A stretch of DNA of 64,000 nt, from assembly GCA_002633005.1 (NCBI GenBank), contig NMRA01000067.1, positions 620,010 through 684,009 on the forward strand, read 5' to 3'. This stretch comes from Phoronis australis (taxonomy: Eukaryota > Animalia > Phoronida). Positions 51,401 to 64,000 of the stretch are shown one piece after another. Every line of letters starts with the position of its first letter. The first letter of the stretch is position 1. The notes under the pieces are model-generated. The model saw only the letters and a program-made list of their open reading frames with translations, was not told where the DNA came from and ran no database searches. The position numbers and the translations under genes are program-made.

Positions 51401-52595
51401 TTGGGAGACAATAAATACCAAATAACCCCTCTTAATCTATCATTGTGAGATCAGCTATGCTCTTGCCATATCATCCAGGCCACAAAAGGCTGCCCAGGAA
51501 ATGCATAGTTTAGATTACCAGTATTTACAACTGAGAGGCAATTATAAGACTGCCTCCACAGTACAGTTTACTCAGCCCAGGTAGGGAAGCCTTGGCAATC
51601 AGTCAGTCAACAGAGGCACAGATGGAGCTGAAGAGTTGGAAGTGCATTAAAAGTGCCGTGATTAGACAAATATGCTTACTATAATATGTTCATGTCAAGA
51701 TTACATTGTTGGGATTACGGTTAAGCTTATAATAGGTTTTACTTCAAAATTTTCCAATACAAGGACCGACAAAATAAACACTAATTAACATTAATTAACA
51801 GTTGAAGGAAAAAATATCAAAGTAAATATCACTCTTTTACCACCCGCACTTTTATTTTTGGGGTAATTTTTTAAATTTTTTATTTGAAATTGCAAATAAC
51901 CAGATCCCAGCGCTGGTACTACACTAAATGCCAATCAAAATGAGATTTATAGAAGTCATTGCCTCCATTCTTATTTTGAAAACTGGACATGTAAGATGTG
52001 GCAGATTTAATAAGTTCATGCTTTCCTTTCTAATTCCGTCAACTATTATGCAAAAAATTGTGTGAAGCCAAACTCAAGTTCGCCTGACATCAGTTTGCAT
52101 AGAGGTCACCGACTTTAAGGATGTAATATAATCCTGTCAATTCATACTGTGCTAACATATTGAAATAATTTTAGTCAAGTCCTTGATTCAGTCTTCTCAT
52201 TGTTCAAACTTTTGTACCAAGTTAAATTTAGACCGGTGTAAATCACTTTCTGAACTAAAATTTTTGTCATCACGATGTTCAGTCCATTGTCCAACTCCTT
52301 AGCGCTGAAGTAATTTCAATGAACTTCAGAACAAGAATCAACTGCTTCTACTTCAACAATGAAATCTGTATTCAGTAGGGAAGACAACAGAATTTGTCAT
52401 CAATGACGAGTAAAACACACACCAATGATGAATGAATACACAGACTCCAATCACTAATCCATTGCAGTAATTTAGCATTACTTAATACTAAACAATTATG
52501 TCTGCAGACAAAGACAAATAGAGAAAGAAAGTCATGGGTAATTACACCAGTGGACTGGAGCCAGGAACAATCAAGTCAACCAACAGGGGTCATTA

Positions 52596-52988
52596 CTGTC
52601 ATTCCCATGTGAAAATTAGGGGAAATAATCCCTCGCACTTTTAAACAAATTTTATTAAAAATAGTTTTCATTGAGACCCGAATTTGCTGGGATTCTGAAC
52701 GCCACCAAATTTCACTGGATTAATATTGGGCTGGGGGGGGGGGTTACTCATACTATATGGCTTGTCGATACAATTAAAATATTCCGAGAGTAATCTGTAT
52801 CATGCAAGCAATGAAGCTGGCACATGCATTGACTGCACTAGTTCTGTAGTGTCAGTGTCTGCCAATAGGGGCATCTTTGTCCAATTCATGAACACTCCGG
52901 GGACACTACTGTTCATGGAATATTAATCCTGTGTATTTTTTCATGGGATATTTTTGGAATTTGAATACACATGGGAATGTGAGACAGA
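52596..52988. mobile_element. Possible MITE (cattcccatgtg ... cacatgggaatg termini); related end near 34690
   Basis: 12-bp perfect inverted termini; ttcccatgta..ttggaattcc.aaatat resembles 34689-34720. Confidence 0.4.
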
Positions 52989-54067
52989 CTAAAGACTATG
53001 CAAAATAATTACAGAAATTCACAAATTACCGTCAAAGTTGAAATTTCCTATCAAGTAAAAAAAATCACTATTCTATATCTACTGACAGTATGTAAATGGA
53101 CCCCCCTTCCCTGCATGACGGAGGTCTCCCACTGTCCACTCACACATTCGCATCGAGAAGTCAAGGGAAGTGAAACTCATATTCATGTTGCATGTCTTAT
53201 AAAAAGATTATTGATCAAAAGTTCTAAAGGCAAAGATAAAACGGAACACATACTACACCTAGCTCCATCAATAAATCAAAAATTTCTTGGCAATATCATT
53301 TTGAAAAGCAAGGTTTGGAATAAGTTCACAAGCTGAAATTTTAGGTTTGTTTTCAGAAAGCAAAACATGCTGATTATTTCTAGATGATCATTTGCAGAAA
53401 TTATGAACAAGACTTGGAAATCAACATACGAAACAATATATTCAATCAGAGACTAGTGTCGATGTTGGGTACTGGCCAATAATCCAAATGGTGCCGGATT
53501 TTGAGATCCAACTTCATGCCTGTTATTCAGGGGATAAAACAAATTCTCAAAATGCGGAACCTCAGCAAATGAATAAATATCTGTAAAGAATACAGAACAT
53601 CAACATCGATTTCATTTCATGACACAAGTTCACTGTAGATTAAAGTGTAGGGGAAGTACCTGAATGACAAAGGAATTAAAGCTACATTTTGTCCTGTTTA
53701 ACTGGCTGAAACTATGAAAACTGAATGTGGCTTTTTACTCTCTTAAAATCGTCTCATAATGTTCCTTACCAATGACAAAATTCTACTTGCATTACCGAAA
53801 TAATCAGTGATGAATGATACAAATTTTATAACAATAAAGGACCAAATTCGATTTTCAAATAACTGGACAAAATGCAGATGAAATTTAAATGTCTTCTAAA
53901 CCAATCAAATCACACTTGCAGGTTTGCTCAACTGCGCAGAGGAAATGTTACAAAATCACCATCTAGCTACGTAACGTCGCATAAGGGCTCTAGACTTGCA
54001 GGTTGAATACCAGCATAAGACCTCCATATTTCAGGCAAATTCCTGTAGCGCAGTGCCAGGTAAGCAC

Positions 54068-54129
54068 CATGACGTCAAGGGAAGTGAGACAAAAATCCAC
54101 CTTGCTTCTTACCTTGCAAAAGGTCTATT
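54068..54129 (+). repeat. Short interspersed repeat; inverted copies at 8933-8993 and 9811-9871, decayed copy near 53160
   Basis: catgacgtcaa.ggaagtgagacaa.aatccacc.tgcttctta is shared, which explains the recurring HDVKGSET.IH.ASYL peptide in spurious ORFs. Confidence 0.75.
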
Positions 54130-56052
54130 GGTGTTCCTCTATTCCAAACACTACAAGTACATTCAACCTCTGAGATTCCAGGAACAACACTCACAAACGA
54201 GCAAAACACACACAACAAGAAAATTCAAATGAAAGGATCAGATCCCAAAATGTCAGCACCGTATTTCTACTTACAGCTCTTCAAAAATCTGACAGTCCAA
54301 GGCTCCATTGACCACAACCTGACCACTGTCCAGTACAAATCCTGAATGGAGGCTGACACAACAAACCCCACAATACAGGCACCAATAAAAACACAGCACC
54401 TATTGAAACCATTCACAGCCAATTTCAAGGACCAATGGTCTGTTGCTTGAATTGTGCTAGTGCAATAGCTGTGGACAGGCAAGATTATGCAACCAGTTTC
54501 ACCCTTGAATGACCAATTACACTTCACTAACTAGGGTATTGGTTGATGGTGAAGCAAGCACTTTGTCAGGGGACAGAATAGGGATACAGGAGAGCCTGCA
54601 TGACTGGCTGAAGGAATGAAGGTTTATGAATGAACACCTCTGTTCCACTAACCAGCCTGTTTAAATCAGTTAAAACACATGACTGATCAAAGGCAGTCAT
54701 TGATATATATACCTATTGAGGAATCTTCAACACAACTCTTAATTAACAGTCAATGTATGGTCGACTGTTGCACTGTCAAAACCATTACATCAGTGGTGTA
54801 ACCTAATAAAAACAAAGCAACTGTGTTAACATGTTGAACAGAGCAGGACTCAGTGGGAACACCATGGTATAGAAAAAATACTCGGACAACAACTGAGTAT
54901 CAGAGATATCAGCAGGAGGTGTACTGAAGGAGCGAGTCTGATAATTTACTAGATATAATGAATGTACTTTCTCAGGTCTCGTGAAAATCATCCTCTTCAA
55001 ACCAAAATAAAAAAGTTTGAGACAATCATTAACATTAAGTCACCGTATTAAAACCAATAATAAATGGTTTAACCACAAAACATGAAACAAAATAATGCTT
55101 ATCAAAGATATTGTTGCATGGAGCTTTAGAATGAAATATACATTAGATCTTGATTTTATATTTACTACACCACTACTCAGAACAAAATCAAAATAATCTT
55201 AAGTGAATTAAAACAAGTATAAACAAATCACCATTGAAGGACATATGACGGTCACTGTAATGTGTTGACAGAAATGCCCACTGTTGGCCATCTGTGGAAC
55301 TACACTATACTCTCCAAAACAATAGATAAATTAACAGGTTTTTATGAGCTGAAAACATAAATCTGTAGCAAGAACTTAACCTTACCTACAGACCCTTTAC
55401 ACAAGGCACACTTATCTTGTATGTCCTCAAGCCCAGGACAAAAGGCTCAGTTTGTCCTCATTACATAACCTGACTGATAACAGCTCAGTTACCACCAAAC
55501 TGACAGTGCTGCAGTTAACATCTCATTAACACCTCCCCATACACCTTTACTAACCACAACAAGTGAAAACAGTTAACAAACACACACCAATTGCCAGTGA
55601 CCTTATCTTGAACTTAACTGACCACATCCATGCACACATACATGTTCAGGCCTTCTCTTACAAGTTAACTTTGAGGTCGATGCAAAGTACGAAGTTGATT
55701 TGAATTGTCCCAACAGTGGTGACACTTGAGTTTAGCTGGCTGAAAAACGGAAATCTAATAAGGCCTTGTACTCTCATTAAATTGGTCTCGTAATATTGTT
55801 TACTGGGATAGGATTCTATTTTGCTCATCAACTCAAGTCACAGGCAATTCAGACATGCGCCATTTTTCAATTTGCAATTTTAGGATAGGGCCACCCCAAT
55901 AAAATTGGAAAGCTGATGGTTTATTAGCAGAGTATTGGGACCCTATCAAGGAGCATTATAAGACACTGATTCAATGTAGTAAAAAGACAACTTATTGTTT
56001 GTTGCAGCTAAACAGGGCAAGGGCAAAGTAGAGCTTTAACCAACGTCAAAGT

Positions 56053-56297
56053 TACGTTAAAATCTTACCAATTTAGGACACACCATGGCCGACAAGTGAA
56101 GTTTTCTTTTACCATTTTCCATGCAACACATGCTGTGCCAAATTAAACACTTTTCCACGCTCAAAATTTGTACCGCAGCTAGCAGCAGACGTTTGGAAAA
56201 ATTGTGGGCACAGACAACACTGTTAGAAGCTCTCGAAAATGTAACAAAGGGTATTTTGGCAATTATATTTTGTTTGAATTTGGTTAGACTATTATAT
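56053..56297. mobile_element. Decayed copy of the 30053-30302 MITE family, opposite orientation
   Basis: accaatttaggacac terminus; tgttagaagc and ttggcaattat.tt match the reverse complement of the 30053 element. Confidence 0.5.
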
Positions 56298-58126
56298 CAC
56301 AAGGTTATGCTGGGGTCAGTAAAGCAATATCACAAGGTGAAACAATGAAACATTAAGCATGTCATTACGTTGAAGCTTTGCTGTTAAATTCATCTTCTGT
56401 GAAGTTAACTGGCAATTTTTACTTCAATCGAAAACAAATAAGATAATCTTTCACACAGACCAACACAGCCCCAAAACACTGATGTGTTGAGTTGGTGGCA
56501 GGTCTCTCAGTGAATCCAAGTTGGTGAGAATAACATATTTGTGTCTGTGCTGAGAACATCAAATCTATTAGGGACTGAAACACAACAAATTGTCCAGCGA
56601 TGAAATCACATCAAATCGCTGGCTAATAAGCTACATTGCTATTTAAAAATAACTTGAAATTTATCTTAAAATATCCCATGCATCGCTTCTAGTGCACTGC
56701 TGTAATGCGCGGCTGTAACACACGGCGATATCTCGTAAGGTGATCTTATGTTTTCATGATATTCTCATGGCTACGATATACACACCTGCACTCACTGGTA
56801 GAATTTAATTTGAAATATCAACATAGCAGGCCTGTGGACAAACTACTCTTCGACCCGGAACACCGACAAGTAGAACACGTTTTGGGTGAGTTTGGATAGA
56901 TCACACAAACCACACAAACCGTAATATGAGTGATAGCGACTGTTCCAAGAATATCCTCATATCATGTCAGCCGTCAGCGCAAACTAGCAACATTTGTTGA
57001 TGCTCAAGTGTTTGCTTAGTGGGACAGGAATGTAGAATTATTGGAGAAAGTTCAAAGTTTCCATTCCCAAGTCATGACTTGTTTCCACAAGTGCCTCACA
57101 ATTCCTTGCCTCCATCTGGTTCACTTCACTCTGTCAATACCATGCCAACAAGAATAGTCATCCAACATAAACATTTCCTCAAGGATCCTTCTGTCCCAGT
57201 TTTAATGCACCTCATTAAAGGTGTGTTCAGATCAACTAAATGTGGGTGTAAAAAAATCCTCAAATTTGATAAAAAGTAATTACGAAAATCATCATTTTTT
57301 CAACTTTCAAAAGCTGACTGTTTTGTTAAAAATGCTCAAAATTCCTTATGTATTTGTTAATGACAGTTGTAAAGTACGAAATTTGGAAATGATGTAGGCA
57401 AAGTTTTCTCTCTGTTTACTTTTCTTGAAAATTTTGACAAAATAACTTTCTCTGTTCCCTCAATTGTGTTCGAAACTGAAGAAGCATTACACTATGATTC
57501 ACACCACAGTTTAGACTGTTATAATCCTAGTTCCTGCTTTTAGTCAGTCCAGTGGTCAGCACTATGCGTTCCGATTCAACCCAGTTAGTACCTCCATGTG
57601 CCATTGTTTCCAAAGAGATTTGACAACAGCGCCACCTTGAGTTATAACTTTTGCCTCTGTTCACACTGAGTTAAACAGTCATAACCACTTGCTAATCCAT
57701 CCTAACAGAGTAAGTTATAACGCTACAGTTACAGAAAACGGGATTTTAAGTGTTCAGACAATAGTTATAACCTTGAAATCGGTTTTAAAACTCATAACCA
57801 CTTTGTTCTGAACAGTAAATACAATATATTGAGTACAGTCATCTGTTAGCACCCCCTGGGCTGTTGTCAGAGGACCTCAGTATTACCTAACAATTTGTTA
57901 GTCAGAGCAGTGACAGTGATGGACACACTTAAGTCAACACAAGGCCCCAGGGAGCATGGCCGTCTGACAGGGGGGCTAACTTACAAGTGTAATCAGGAGA
58001 CTAAATATTGCAGAACAGTTCAGAATTACCGTTAGATGATTTAGAAACCTGCCTTGAGAGAGACAGTTGGTGTTTGAGGAGGCTATTTGTTAATGATGGC
58101 TGATGGCTAGTATGAAAAGAAAGCAT

Positions 58127-58378
58127 ACCAGCACAAACATGTGGCTGTAGGTATGCACAGTATACATTATGGTAAGAATAATCTAATAATGAAATACACT
58201 AATATCTAACCAGCACTAACATGTGGCTCTAGGTATGCACAGTATACATTATGGTAAGAATAATCTAATAATGAAATACACTAATATCTAACCAGCACTA
58301 ACATGTGGCTCTAGGTATGCACAGTATACATTATGGTAAGAATAATCTAATAATGAAATACACTAATATCTAACCAGC
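58127..58378. repeat. 82-bp tandem repeat x3
   Basis: accagcac at 58127, 58209, 58291 and partial at 58373; copies nearly identical. Confidence 0.94.
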
Positions 58379-61300
58379 TAACTACTCACCTCTCATTCCA
58401 ACATTATTCACTAATTACCGATAACTTTGGTGGGGAACACTAATACACACAGACACGCTTAAATGTCAATCTGTCGGATAATTCCGTCTCTCTGAGTTAC
58501 ACCTCCAACCTGTCCAACAGAGTGAGTAATCACATCCACAGACGACATGTACTCCCCACTTCCACCAAATGATGGAAATCTTACATCGACTTTGTATCGA
58601 CCAATTAAAACTTAGCCGTAGGATAAGAAAAATCGAAAAACGAACAAATCCTCAATTACGCCAAGGTGTATCACAATCACTAGGTTTCTCAACATACAGT
58701 TGAAAGGTAGGCTCCCCGCCAGGTAAGAGGATTAATGATGCATCAGAGTATTGTATTGCAGGGGGCTCATGGCCTTCCTACAGTCCTACAGTGAAGTAGC
58801 CACTGAGATTACAATGTCTGTGTACCCCTTTCTATCATTTTAATTACGTAACTGATCAAGATGGCATTGAAGCCAAAGGATTACTCAGTTAAACCCCCAC
58901 ACTATGATCCTGAGGGGGCAGGGAAGGACAAATATTTTCTTTGTATCCTCAAATGTACTACATGGGCACACTAATATGCAGGGAATGACTAGAGTCAACT
59001 CTTTGTGTTACCAACTGGTGTCAAAATATCCTTTAGTTTCTTTGATGTTTTCTTTGGATTCTAATCATTGTGTTCTAATTAATAATTTTTTCCATATATG
59101 AAGACATAATTACGGTTACTATGAAAACCCATAGAATCAATTGTATTAACGTTCTTGACACGAGTACACAAACCACAACTGTTTCAACTACCCCTGAAGA
59201 AGCTTCAGCCATTTTCTACAAACTGTCATTTTTTTAAGTTCTCCACCACATTGTTTACTCAGACACTCTCAATGAACAGTCATCACTATCTTCACTCCCC
59301 TGCTCAGTATTGTATAACTATGGCAGACATTAAGAACTAATGAGGAGGTTACCAAACATAACTAATAGAAAGCAATTAATAACAACAGGGGGACCCAAGC
59401 AGCATCATAATCATGGTGTGAAAGTAAACAGTGACACCAACCCCATCTAGTGGCGCTTATGACTAAGTGTTCCTGAGGGGTACTCACCAAGGGCAGTACC
59501 CACACACAAGAGGAAAACAGGATGTGTCACACAGGAGGGGGAGTTTTTATGACCAGTTTCCTAACAAAAAGTACCTTACCAAAAAATTCCCCCCTTTTGA
59601 GACTACTCCCTCAAAGAAGTGCATGGTATCCTCATTTTCCAACAGCACCAACAACCAAAATATAGTCGAGTATCCGTGAATAATCGACTATTTTTGTTGT
59701 GGACGTGCCAGTGTAAAATTAAGACATACACCCTTTTAAAGAGCTAGGACGATAAAAATGGATCTACCTGAAGAGAACTTCGAAAAATTCAGAAAGGTTT
59801 GCATTAGATTTCCTAAAATAGACAACAGAACCCTTCTCAGTGTAGTGCTGGTAGCAAAAAAGAGCGTTTTGTAAACAGCAAAAATTAACCTAATGGTATG
59901 AATTCAATGACAAAGACAAAGAAGGTGCCCAAGGAAAAGTCACAACAGCGCATTCACTATGCAACCATTTATACAAGCCCCCCCCCCATACCTTCTCAGG
60001 ACATTTGTGGACCATATGATGTTTTAATTGAGGATAAGTCTTAGAGTACACAGCAGGTTTCCCAACGACATCACATCATTAGTTGGTCAGAGGTTGTTGT
60101 TAGCTCACTAAGATTGTCAGTATATTGTTCAACAACTGCAAGCCCTACTCTAAGTGAAGGTAATCACAACATACCAATTATTATTAAGCATCCAGAGCAA
60201 CAAACGGTCAGCAAGTCTGTCTGGCTGTGCCACGGGAATACACAATACTACGTTTACTTCACACATCTGTCAGCCTATAGTTTTACACACGTTCCAAAAC
60301 AACAAGTTCACTGCATGCCCAATCTGCCACATATAGATTTACTCACTCCCATAACAGCCGTAGATACTTTCGTCCATTGATTCTAAGTCAAGTCAGATAT
60401 CCCCTGAGGCGCCCAACTTTAGTTCTGGTGACTGCCTGATCAATTTTCGGTAAAACCAATGTACAGATCACAACTTCACAGTCAAAGTTCCACGACTAGC
60501 CGTGCAAAACTAATAACAACGACCAAGGACTGAACAAGGTTTGAAAAACAGAATCCATAAAAAGTGAAACATGGCAATGAACTGGAAATATGCTTAATGA
60601 CTGCACCTACGATCGGACATCTTTTCAGAAACATTGTTATCTAATATTCAAAATCTTTATACTCAAAGATAATTTAAAAACCAATATCCAAAAAATATTG
60701 TGATCTCAATAATTATTTAAAAACCTTACAGCAGCTCTGTGCCCAAAATCCAAATAAGTCATTTTATAACACATAACTTTTTATCGACTTCAAACATCAA
60801 AATTGGATGAACACCCAGTCATAAAAACATTGCTCTTAATCTGGGCTGGCCTGTAGCAACACACACTTCTAGTTGGGATTACCATGTTAAAGTAATTAAA
60901 CTGTCAAAGTCATCATTAGGGCTCAGACTGTTTCAATCTGTTACATGTTACTAGTCCACTCTATACTCCTTGCTTATGGTTTTGAAAGTAATATGGACCA
61001 CACTGAGGTATTACCAAACCGATTATCTTGACATTTAGGTTATTTTAGTGATAACGTCATTCCGACTCAATATCCTGTAATTTTTCAGGTTATCACGCAC
61101 AAATTCACTTTTAATTAACGAAACATATTTGGTCACACTCTGCTTAATCTCATGTAACCACTAATTTTTATTTTCCCAGCTTATTAACACTCATGGTAAT
61201 GGTCACTGCCCAAAAAACGTACAACTTTGTCTTTTCACCTTAAAGCCAACTATGGTAAAGTTTCCTGAAATTTGAACAAAAATAATTGCCAAAATTTTCC

Positions 61301-64000
61301 ATTTTTCAATAGTTCACTGCATGGTTAACAACGTTAAAATTCTTTGTTGATGACAGATGTACTACATAAATTGTGGAAATCATCAAGAAAATCCTTCTTC
61401 CTATTTATTCAAATTAAAATTTTGTCATAAAATAAAATTCCATTGTTACACCACATTCTGTTCTAAATTGAGAAACCTTTACCATACACTGAACCGCAAT
61501 ACTGAGTTTCCTACACACGCAAACCACTGCAATTTTATGTTATACCGACAGATTCATTTTCATACGGTAGTCCCTGCTAAGGTAAAGTCTAGATAAGTTC
61601 AGAAATACAAAGAGAATACCAGCACAGCAACATGTGAATCCACACAGAAGGCAGAAAAAATGCTCACCAGAAGACAGCATTATGGATCCAAAACTTGTTT
61701 CTGTGGTACATACATAGAGATTTCAGGATTTAGCTGTTGTGCAACACACAGCAGACATTATGCAACTTTACTGGGGCAAAGGAATGCAGTAATATTGGAT
61801 CATACACCCAGAACAACTACACACAAAGTTTTTAAGCACCTAAACAAACCTTGAGTTCCTCATCAAATTCCACAAAACACTGTCTGCAAACAGTCCTAGA
61901 CAACGAACAGGGCGTAAATAAACATCCCAGTTTCACAGGGCCAAATAAGCCGAGAACTGCACTCAGTGACCTCAGGTATGTCACACCTGGTGAGCCACAC
62001 TGTTACACAATTGTACCAGGACAATGCCATACATGGTTTCAATAAGACCACAATGCCACCGTGCTAATGAACCAATCCTAATTGATAAGCAACAGATTTC
62101 CGGCTGAAAAGCCCAGGGATGGGAATCTTCCTTCCCACTTGACAAATTCCAATTTTAAGTGAATTTGGAATCGGGGGTAACACATCCTGTCCTGTGAAGG
62201 GCTTCAAACTGCTGATCGATAAAATACCTGTCACCTGATATGGAACTACCTGTCTTAATGGACATTAGTAACACGATATAGGCATCTAAGTAGAGTGACT
62301 GTCTATTTAAAACAGACATTATAAGCAGGTAATGAGTAGCTCATGTTACAACTACATACCTTGAAGGCACTTTAGTGACTTTCACAGCTGACTCGCAGTT
62401 GACTGTAGGTTCTCCCCAACTCTGAAAAGTTAAGGCAGTTGTTACATCATCAACTTCCTTGTTTAACACTGGAACGAGGACATCTACGCAATTGTTTTCA
62501 ACAATGAATCCGGCAAAATTTACCAATCTTGACCCAACCAGCTGAAAGTTGGCTAATGGAATCTTATGTTCAGTGCATTAGGGACTGCAGGCAAATTAAC
62601 ACAGGAGGAGGTACAGTTCATTATGAATAGGGGGTAATGTAATGCCATTTTAAACATAAACTTTGAATGGCATAAAACCCTAATTTCCACCGAATGTACC
62701 CAAACACTTGTTTTCCAAATGTCTACTGAACGATATACAGTGTAAATTATCTCATACTTTACATAAATTTTGTCACCTGATATCACAGCCTTCATAAGCA
62801 AAAATGGGTCAGTCTGGGGTGGATCACTGTAACCATCGTAAACATTAAAAGTTATGTAACCACGAATGATCATTATTAAAAAACCCAGTTGCCCAGTGTC
62901 ACCACATGGTAAGATGACCTCATCACTTGACTGGTCCACAGAAACAATGTAAAGCAATGTTTTTACACTCAATTTCGACAATATATTTCACAATATCATT
63001 GCCCATGCTGGAGACGTGTTCCTGTCGAGCCCATCAACTGTCCCCAAAGGTCCTTTCCCATACAGTTAACTCCACTACTGACGAGAAGACTGCCGAGAAG
63101 ATTCCATTTTAACAGTGGTTAACTGGGAAGTTGAGTGTTAAATGTTCCCATTAGCTTCGGAGTTATTCAGACAACTAATTCAGGGAAGTTATCACAAGGT
63201 GGCTCAGTATCAATTGATCTGAGCAAAGGCAGTATGGCACAAGAACTGGTTTCATGTAAATTCAGAGATTGCTTTTGGTAGAATCCAGCAAACACACAGA
63301 TACATTGAAATAGCATATTTATACTGCCAAAATAATAAACATGAGAATAAAATATTAACAAATCATTGTCCACTGTTACTTAACACAGTGACCGGGTGCT
63401 GATAACTTTGGTGTAGTTAAACGTTCCCACTGTAATGAAGTGTTGACCAAACTAACAGCATAGCAACAAAATCTAAAAAAACAAATTCTGCAAGCTTTCT
63501 ACTTTCAGACAATATCTACTTTTACTGAGTCAAAATCTGTGGTTTTGTAGATATTTAGCTAAAACCAGAGACTTGTCAACAAAGTCCTCCACAACACTTT
63601 ATGTATTCTTAGACATGAAAAGAAATGAGATACACATAACCTCATATTTAGAAGTAGTGTGCATGTCTTTTTTGTTTTTTGTTTTCTTTGAATGCACGAC
63701 AAGAGCAACTGAAAAGAATACTATGAAGGTACAACCAGTACCCCTCCACAAACCACTAGACCTCGATACAAATGCTTTTTAAGGAGAAAGCAAACAAGGA
63801 GAGGGCGCTCAACAACTTATGAGAACTGGCAATGATATACTTGAGGGTCCACTCAATGCATAACCGAGACTGCCAGCAGTCACAACTTGTTGGTTTAGCA
63901 ATAATATATGGCAGTATTATGCTTTTCTTTGAAGGGCCCTGGATGCTGTTTCACACTCTCTGTTTTTCTTAACTGGCTGGTGTTTACAGTATGGCTACAA

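Noticed and set aside
22595-55395. AG|GT recursive-splice-like sites at ~22600, 23945, 28264, 48373 and 55385
   Set aside because: Weak pyrimidine tracts or donors; the number is compatible with chance in this much AT-rich sequence.
62553-62981. 142-aa ORF
   Set aside because: No domain signature and not ATG-initiated; consistent with chance.

Overview
AT-rich, intron-rich eukaryotic (metazoan, probably invertebrate) genomic DNA; not prokaryotic. The only gene I can support is a Roundabout (Robo)-family axon-guidance receptor on the minus strand. I reconstructed it by hand as 18 phase-compatible GT-AG coding exons (2940 nt, 980 codons) from the ATG at 29613 down to 1657: signal peptide, 5 Ig, 3 FN3, TM and a partial cytoplasmic tail with a CC1-like motif. 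Five of these exons are missing from the ORF track in their coding frame. The 3' end probably lies left of the window. The 5'UTR continues into an apparently non-coding stretch of more than 34 kb (29659-64000) containing MITE-like elements and minisatellites. Points worth a second look: (1) a ~880-bp tandem duplication carries a second copy of the first Ig5 exon, but a single N sits exactly at the junction, so it is most likely two alleles joined by the assembler; (2) Ig1 (Slit-binding face) and Ig4 (dimerisation motif) are divergent; (3) a candidate stop-containing micro-exon lies just before the TM exon; (4) a uORF precedes the start codon; (5) an intronic tandem array of RFX X-box-like motifs is present. 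I see no evidence for a wholly new biological system.
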